From: Cyanophyceae cyanobacterium
GTDB lineage: Bacteria; Cyanobacteriota; Cyanobacteriia; Cyanobacteriales; JBHJGN01
Direction: 5' to 3'
DNA length: 64,000 bases
Assembly: GCA_050331735.1 (NCBI GenBank)
Contig: JBHJGN010000004.1
Location: forward strand, 32,001-96,000
The position numbers and the translations under genes are program-made. Shown here one piece after another: positions 58,301-64,000 of this stretch. Under the pieces are notes generated by a model, which worked only from the letters and a program-made list of their open reading frames with translations, did no database searches and was not told the origin of the DNA. Position 1 is the first letter of the stretch, and every line of letters starts with the position of its first letter.

Positions 58301-58663
58301 GTGTTTGTCCTCAGCGGTTATGAATATCTACTCGGCTTTTTACTGGTTACTAGCTTAGTCCCCATTCTAGCTTTGACCGCCTCTAAGCTACTGCGACCGA
58401 GCGGCGGAGGTCCAGAACGAAAAACAACCTATGAATCCGGCATGGAACCCGTTGGCGGTGCTTGGATTCAGTTCAACATCCGCTACTATATGTTCGCTTT
58501 GGTATTTGTGGTTTTTGATGTTGAAACCGTCTTTTTATATCCCTGGGCGGTGGCTTTTAATCAGCTAGGGCTTCTGGCTTTTGTAGAAGCCCTGATCTTC
58601 ATTGCCATTCTGGTCGTTGCCCTGGTATATGCATGGCGTAAGGGCGCTTTGGAATGGTCGTAG
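58301..58663 (+). CDS. ndhC: NDH-1 subunit 3
   Basis: [40 protein letters not shown]. Confidence 0.97.
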   Translation: MFVLSGYEYLLGFLLVTSLVPILALTASKLLRPSGGGPERKTTYESGMEPVGGAWIQFNIRYYMFALVFVVFDVETVFLYPWAVAFNQLGLLAFVEALIFIAILVVALVYAWRKGALEWS

Positions 58664-58774
58664 GTAGCCGGATCACGGCAACAAACCTTGCCCTGTAGGG
58701 CGTTAATAACAGCAACATTGCCCGGCCTATAGGCTGAACAATTAAGGAATCCTGAAACTGAAACTCTATTAAGT

Positions 58775-59521
58775 ATGAACACCAATACAGCCAATCCTGC
58801 TGACCTTGAGCAGCAAGAGAAAATTCTTAATCCCATCAGTCGGACCCAAGTTACTCAAGACTTATCAGAAAACGTTATTCTCACTACGGTTGACGATCTG
58901 TACAACTGGGCCAGGTTATCGAGTCTCTGGCCGATGCTGTACGGAACAGCCTGCTGCTTTATCGAATTTGCCGCCCTGATCGGTTCTCGCTTTGATTTCG
59001 ACCGCTTTGGGTTACTGCCTCGTTCTAGCCCCAGACAGGCTGATTTAATCATCACTGCCGGGACAATCACGATGAAGATGGCTCCAGCGCTGGTGCGGCT
59101 GTATGAAGAAATGCCCGAACCCAAGTACGCGATCGCTATGGGAGCCTGCACCATCACCGGAGGCATGTTCAGCACCGACTCCCCGACGGCAGTGCGAGGC
59201 GTGGATAAGCTTATTCCGGTAGATGTCTACATCCCCGGTTGCCCCCCGCGACCGGAAGCGATTATTGATGCCATTATCAAGCTGCGGAAGAAAATGGCCA
59301 ACGAATCCATTCAGGAACGCACAGCCACCAGACAGCAGACTCACCGCTATTACAGCACGACCCACAATATGAAAGCGGTTCCCGTCATCCACGATGGCAA
59401 GTACCTCCAGGCACAATCGCGGCAGCAGCCTCCCCAGGAACTCAGCGAAGCGATGGGAACACCGATTCCCCCCGCTCTCCAGTCGGCGCAGCAGGAAAAG
59501 GAGGCCGTAAACCGTGGCTGA
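58775..59521 (+). CDS. ndhK: NDH-1 subunit K
   Basis: [33 protein letters not shown]. Confidence 0.97.
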   Translation: MNTNTANPADLEQQEKILNPISRTQVTQDLSENVILTTVDDLYNWARLSSLWPMLYGTACCFIEFAALIGSRFDFDRFGLLPRSSPRQADLIITAGTITMKMAPALVRLYEEMPEPKYAIAMGACTITGGMFSTDSPTAVRGVDKLIPVDVYIPGCPPRPEAIIDAIIKLRKKMANESIQERTATRQQTHRYYSTTHNMKAVPVIHDGKYLQAQSRQQPPQELSEAMGTPIPPALQSAQQEKEAVNRG

Positions 59522-60050
59522 AGAAACCAAACCAGCATCGCAAGAAGAGCAAGAGCAGGCTTCTGAAATTGTCGAGGCTGGCCCCACTTCCCGCTGGCTG
59601 TCAGAAAATGGCTTTGAAAACGAAGCCATTGAGCCCGACCATCGACAGGTGGAAATGATCAAGGTGGAGCCAGAGTACCTGATTCCCATCGCTACGGCGC
59701 TTTATGCCTACGGCTTCAACTATCTTCAGTGTCAAGGAGCTTTCGATTTAGGACCGGGGAAAGAACTGGTTAGCTTTTATCACCTGACTAAGGTCAGTGA
59801 TGATGCCGACCGTCCTCAAGAAGTCCGGCTGAAGGTATTTTTGCCGCGAGACCATCCAAAAGTTCCGTCCGTATACTGGATTTGGAAATCGGCTGACTGG
59901 CAAGAGCGAGAAAGCTACGATATGTTCGGCATCGTTTACGAAGGTCATCCTAACCTCAAGCGGATTTTGATGCCGGAAGATTGGACGGGCTGGCCGCTGC
60001 GAAAAGATTATGTATCGCCAGACTTTTACGAGATTCAGGATGCTTACTAA
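59514..60050 (+). CDS. ndhJ: NDH-1 subunit J
   Basis: [30 protein letters not shown]. Confidence 0.97.
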   Translation: MAEETKPASQEEQEQASEIVEAGPTSRWLSENGFENEAIEPDHRQVEMIKVEPEYLIPIATALYAYGFNYLQCQGAFDLGPGKELVSFYHLTKVSDDADRPQEVRLKVFLPRDHPKVPSVYWIWKSADWQERESYDMFGIVYEGHPNLKRILMPEDWTGWPLRKDYVSPDFYEIQDAY

Positions 60051-60091
60051 ACGTTTGGCCAGCTAAATTAGGTTAAACACTGAAAGTCTGC

Positions 60092-60124
60092 ACCCGCTTG
60101 GTAACTGAGCGGGTCATTTTATTT
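60092..60124 (+). terminator. Putative intrinsic terminator after ndhJ
   Basis: acccgct...agcgggt stem followed by catttttattt-like T-rich tail. Confidence 0.6.
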
Positions 60125-60209
60125 GTCCTCTTCCACGAGTAACGGTGCTTGTTGAAGACGCTTGAGGACGAAAGCTGAGGCTAATTCAAGAAAAGCGGGA
60201 GAAGAAGAC

Positions 60210-60683
60210 ATGGCATCAGAGCAGCGGATGCTAACTCATTTGGAATACCAGGAACAAATTCGGCAAAATATCGCCACCCTAGAAGAAGATTTGCCCACGT
60301 TGTTTGAAAAAGATATCTCGTATGAAATTTACACCCGAGATATCTACTTCAACGACCCGGTTAATACCTTCAAGGGTCAATTTAATTACCGCATTATCTT
60401 CTGGACGTTGAGATTTCACGCCGGGTTGTTTTTTACAGAAATCTATTTCGATCTGCATCGAGTGTATCAGTCCGCTCAGGACACGATTGAAGCTGAATGG
60501 ACGGTGCGCGGTACATTGCGAGTTCCTTGGAAAGCCAAAATCTACTTCGACGGTCACTCAACCTACAAGCTAAACAAAGAGGGGCTCATTTATCAGCATC
60601 TTGATGCGTGGGACCGCAAGCCGGCGGAAATTTTGCGGCAGTTTTTCCGCCCAGGTGCGAGAACAGGGAGCAGTGACCAGTAA
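60210..60683 (+). CDS. DUF2358 (NTF2-like) protein
   Basis: IYTRDIYFNDPVNTFKG..WTVRG..DGHSTYKL..HLDAW. Confidence 0.8.
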   Translation: MASEQRMLTHLEYQEQIRQNIATLEEDLPTLFEKDISYEIYTRDIYFNDPVNTFKGQFNYRIIFWTLRFHAGLFFTEIYFDLHRVYQSAQDTIEAEWTVRGTLRVPWKAKIYFDGHSTYKLNKEGLIYQHLDAWDRKPAEILRQFFRPGARTGSSDQ

Positions 60684-60786
60684 TCAGTGAGCCAGCCAGG
60701 GAGATTCGTCGGTGATGCTTAGCACTCTATATTGATACGGCGAGCGGCAACTTATTAGAGATAGCTCTTGTCCTGACTAGCAATGA

Positions 60787-62586
60787 ATGGTTAAATTTTC
60801 AGTGACTAAGCGTGTGAGGAGCAAGGTGTTAAATCAGTATTCAACGATTGTCGAGCTGGTCCGCGATCGCGCGCGTTCTCAGCCAGGGCAAACAGTTTAC
60901 ACGTTTCTAGCAGACGGAGAAACGGAGTCCGGTACTCTTACCTATCAGGAGCTAGATCGCCAAGCCCAGGCGATCGCGGCTCGGCTTCAGACAGTGGTGC
61001 GTCCGGGCGATCGCGTTCTGGTGGTGTATCCCTACTCGGCGGGGTTAGAGTTTATCGCCGCCTTCTTTGGCTGTCTCTACGCGGGGGCGATCGCGGTGAC
61101 GAGTCATCCTCCCCGACACCAAAAAGCGGTGGCTGGACTACAGGAGCGGGCGATTTCTTCTGGAGCCGCTGCTGTCCTGACGACAACACCGCTCCTCAAC
61201 GGCATCCAAACGTCGCTAGCCTCAACCGCCTCCCCCTTAAGTCAATTGCCCTGGATTGCTACTGACGCGCCCAGTGCGAGCCCGGACTGGGTAGAACCAA
61301 CTCTAAGCAGCGATATCGCGTTCCTACAATACACTTCCGGCTCTACGGGAACGCCTAAAGGGGTAATGGTGACTCACAGCAACATTCTGCATAATTCGGC
61401 AGTGATCCAGCAGTGTTTTGAGCACACGCCGGAAAGCCACGTGTTAATGTGGCTGCCTCTGTTTCACGACATGGGGCTGATTGGCGGAGTGATCCAGCCT
61501 CTCTACGTCGGGTTCCCGATGGTGCTGATGTCTCCAATTGCTCTGACTCAAAAGCCCTGGCGCTGGGTGCAGGCCATTTCTCGCTACCGGATCACCACTA
61601 GCGGTGGACCGAATTTTGCCTACGATCTCTCCTGGCGCAGTTCAACTCCGGAACAGCGGGAGCAGCTTGACCTGAGCTGTTGGGAGCTGGCTTTTTCGGG
61701 AGCTGAGCCAGTCCGGGCTGAAACCTTGGAGCAGTTTGCCGCCACTTTTGCCCCCTGCGGCTTCCGCTCCCAAGCCCTGTATCCCTGTTACGGCATGGCT
61801 GAGTCTACCTTATTTATTACCGGAGGACGGAAACAAGCGGCTCCCGTGATTCGCCATCTAGACCGCAAAGCGTTAGAGCGCAATCAAATTATGATTGCCT
61901 CTCCTGGGCCTAAAGCGCGGGCAGTGGTAGGCTGCGGTCGAAGCTGGTTGGGGGATCGGGTTATCATCGTTGATCCCGACTCTGGCACTCGGTGCTCGTC
62001 CGATCGAGTTGGGGAAATCTGGGTATCCGGTCCTGGAGTCGGACAAGGGTACTGGAATCAGCCCCAGGAAACGGCCCACACTTTCTCTGCCTACACCGCT
62101 GATGGTGCTGGACCTTTCTTGCGGACAGGGGATCTCGGGTTTTTCGACGATGAAGAGCTATTTATCACCGGTCGGCTCAAAGAGGTGATGATCTTCTGGG
62201 GCAATATGCGGTATCCCCAGCATATTGAACTAACCGCGCAAGCATCTCATCCTGCTCTTCGTCCTAACCATGGGGCTGCTTTTTCGATCGAGGTAGCTGG
62301 AGAAGAGCGGTTAGTGATTGCTCAAGAAGTAGAGCGGACGTCGCTAAGGCAGCTCAACGTCGAGGAAGTTGTCGGCGCCATTCGTCAGGCCGTCGCCGAG
62401 GAACACACGGTTGATCCCTATGCCGTCCTGCTGCTCAAGCCAGGAAGCTTACCTAAAACCTCTAGTGGAAAAGTTCAGCGTCGAGCTTGTCGTGCCCAAT
62501 TTTTGGACGGAACTCTACCAGCCGTTGCTCACTGGCAGGAGCAGCAAGACCATTACGACAATATTTTAGAAATGTTCAGTCGCTAA
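60787..62586 (+). CDS. Fatty acyl-AMP ligase (stand-alone FAAL)
   Basis: FLQYTSGSTGTPKG, WLPLFHDMGLIG, CYGMAE, RTGDLG, PKTSSGKVQR. Confidence 0.9.
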   Translation: MVKFSVTKRVRSKVLNQYSTIVELVRDRARSQPGQTVYTFLADGETESGTLTYQELDRQAQAIAARLQTVVRPGDRVLVVYPYSAGLEFIAAFFGCLYAGAIAVTSHPPRHQKAVAGLQERAISSGAAAVLTTTPLLNGIQTSLASTASPLSQLPWIATDAPSASPDWVEPTLSSDIAFLQYTSGSTGTPKGVMVTHSNILHNSAVIQQCFEHTPESHVLMWLPLFHDMGLIGGVIQPLYVGFPMVLMSPIALTQKPWRWVQAISRYRITTSGGPNFAYDLSWRSSTPEQREQLDLSCWELAFSGAEPVRAETLEQFAATFAPCGFRSQALYPCYGMAESTLFITGGRKQAAPVIRHLDRKALERNQIMIASPGPKARAVVGCGRSWLGDRVIIVDPDSGTRCSSDRVGEIWVSGPGVGQGYWNQPQETAHTFSAYTADGAGPFLRTGDLGFFDDEELFITGRLKEVMIFWGNMRYPQHIELTAQASHPALRPNHGAAFSIEVAGEERLVIAQEVERTSLRQLNVEEVVGAIRQAVAEEHTVDPYAVLLLKPGSLPKTSSGKVQRRACRAQFLDGTLPAVAHWQEQQDHYDNILEMFSR

Positions 62587-62657
62587 GGGCTTGACAATCG
62601 ATGAATGAGAGAGCAAAATCTTTCCCCTACGCCGCAGCGATAATTACTCGTCGAAAG

Positions 62658-62689
62658 AGCAACAGCAGTGCCTAAGCACTGCTGTTGCT
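62658..62689. other. Perfect 14-bp inverted repeat (hairpin)
   Basis: agcaacagcagtgc-ctaa-gcactgctgttgct. Confidence 0.75.
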
Positions 62690-62963
62690 AGGACATGGAG
62701 CGACGAGCGAGCAGGCAACACGAGGACTCCCTTCGTTAGCTAAATCAGCACGACCGGGTTCCCGCAAATTTTTTCAAGCAAACGCGGAACGGTTAGACCT
62801 AAAAATGACGTGCTATCAAAGCTGTTCAACCTGACTCATTTGGCAACCTACCAAGCACACGCTGAGTTTGGTGTGGCAGAGGTAGCGCGGGGAGATTATG
62901 ATTTACTCTGTCCCAAAAAATGGAAAATGATATAAATTTAATAAAAAATCACGCTATTAGTGA

Positions 62964-64000
62964 ATGATTGGTTTAAACACCTTTACAGCAACTACTTTAA
63001 TAGACCTGCTCCAGTTTAGAGCAGATTCTCAACCGGAGCAATCTGTCTATACTTTTCTAGTCGATGGAGAAACAGAAGCCGTCAGCCTTACTTATCGAGA
63101 ACTCGATCGTCAGGCCAAAAGAATCGCGGTTTATTTACGGTCTTACTGTCAGCCAGGAGAACGAGCGTTGTTGCTCTATCCGCCAGGATTAGAGTACATC
63201 GCTGCCTTTTATGGCTGTCTTTATGCTGGGATCGTGGCAGTTCCGGCCTACCCTCCGCGACCCAACCGTTCGCTGTTGCGCTTGCAGTCAATTATCAAAG
63301 ATGCTCAAGCGAAGGTGGCGCTGACGACAAGAGCTGAGTTTGACCGCTTAGAACGGCGTTTTGCCCAGGCTCCAGAACTGAGAAATTTGTACTGGCTGTC
63401 TACAGAGGTTGACTCCTGTTCAGCTAACCAGTGGCGCGCACCAGATATTGCTAGCGATACGCTCGCTTTTCTTCAATATACTTCTGGCTCAACGGCAGCT
63501 CCGAAAGGAGTCATGATTACTCACAGAAATCTGCTGCACAATTTAGAGGCCATTCGACAATATTTTGAATCGAGAACTAGCAGTAGAGGAGTCATTTGGC
63601 TGCCGCCCTATCACGATATGGGTCTTATTGGCGGAATTTTGCAGCCTTTATACAGTGGTAGTCCAGTGGTGCTGATGTCACCGCTGATGTTCCTGCAAAG
63701 TCCGATTCGCTGGCTCCAGGCCATCTCTCGCTACCGGGCATCAGTCAGTGGCGGTCCTAACTTTGCCTACGAACTGTGTATCCGGAAGGTAACTGACCAA
63801 CAGGTATTGACCCTTGACCTGAGCAGATGGGATGTTGCTTTTAATGGCGCAGAACCAATTAACTACAGCACCATAGAGCGCTTTGCCGAAAAATTTGCGC
63901 CCGGCGGCTTCCGACGAGAGGCATTCTATCCCTGCTACGGCATGGCTGAAGCCACTTTAATTGTTTCTGGCGGAACCAAAACAGCGCCCCCCGTTGCGCA
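62964..64000 (+). CDS. FAAL-domain protein, partial (runs off the window; possible PKS/NRPS loading module)
   Basis: Manual translation MIGLNTFTATTLIDLLQFRA...YTFLVDGE..LTYRELDR..FLQYTSGSTAAPKG..WLPPYHDMGLIGG..CYGMAE; absent from the ORF track. Confidence 0.88.
   Translation, partial: MIGLNTFTATTLIDLLQFRADSQPEQSVYTFLVDGETEAVSLTYRELDRQAKRIAVYLRSYCQPGERALLLYPPGLEYIAAFYGCLYAGIVAVPAYPPRPNRSLLRLQSIIKDAQAKVALTTRAEFDRLERRFAQAPELRNLYWLSTEVDSCSANQWRAPDIASDTLAFLQYTSGSTAAPKGVMITHRNLLHNLEAIRQYFESRTSSRGVIWLPPYHDMGLIGGILQPLYSGSPVVLMSPLMFLQSPIRWLQAISRYRASVSGGPNFAYELCIRKVTDQQVLTLDLSRWDVAFNGAEPINYSTIERFAEKFAPGGFRREAFYPCYGMAEATLIVSGGTKTAPPVA

Noticed and set aside
62700..62800. Possible c-di-GMP or other riboswitch upstream of the last FAAL
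   Set aside because: The GCAAA-like words do not fit a riboswitch consensus I can verify; kept only as a generic structure
1..64000. CRISPR array
   Set aside because: No regularly spaced identical 25-40 bp repeats with unique spacers were seen, and no cas genes

Overview
Cyanobacterial chromosomal window (OCP/FRP, ndhCKJ, PatA-type taxis cluster, frequent HIP1 GCGATCGC). In order it holds: small metabolic and regulatory genes; a patA-cheY-cheW-MCP-cheA-cheW cluster; comFB-sigG-anti-sigma; a PRK paralog; hldE and a GT9; frp-ocp; secDF-pdhB; and trhO divergent from tRNA-Ala(UGC). An accessory region follows, with a recQ pseudogene (141-bp MITE insertion plus an apparent HIP1-HIP1 deletion), a GH10 glycanase, and an operon of CrfC-like dynamin, YjcZ/RdcB-like protein, hicB, broken hicA and patatin. 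Next is a Dlt-like surface-acylation locus (FAAL, acyl-ACP dehydrogenase, ACP, MBOAT, SGNH-like; then NDH-2, HTTM-DCC1, GT-C and a second MBOAT/SGNH pair), followed by tab2, pmbA, ndhCKJ and two more FAAL genes. The best candidates for undescribed systems are the fatty-acyl Dlt-like locus and the dynamin-RdcB-patatin operon. A dispersed ~130-240 bp hairpin repeat family sits at gene ends. All product calls come from motif recognition by eye; no database searches were run.
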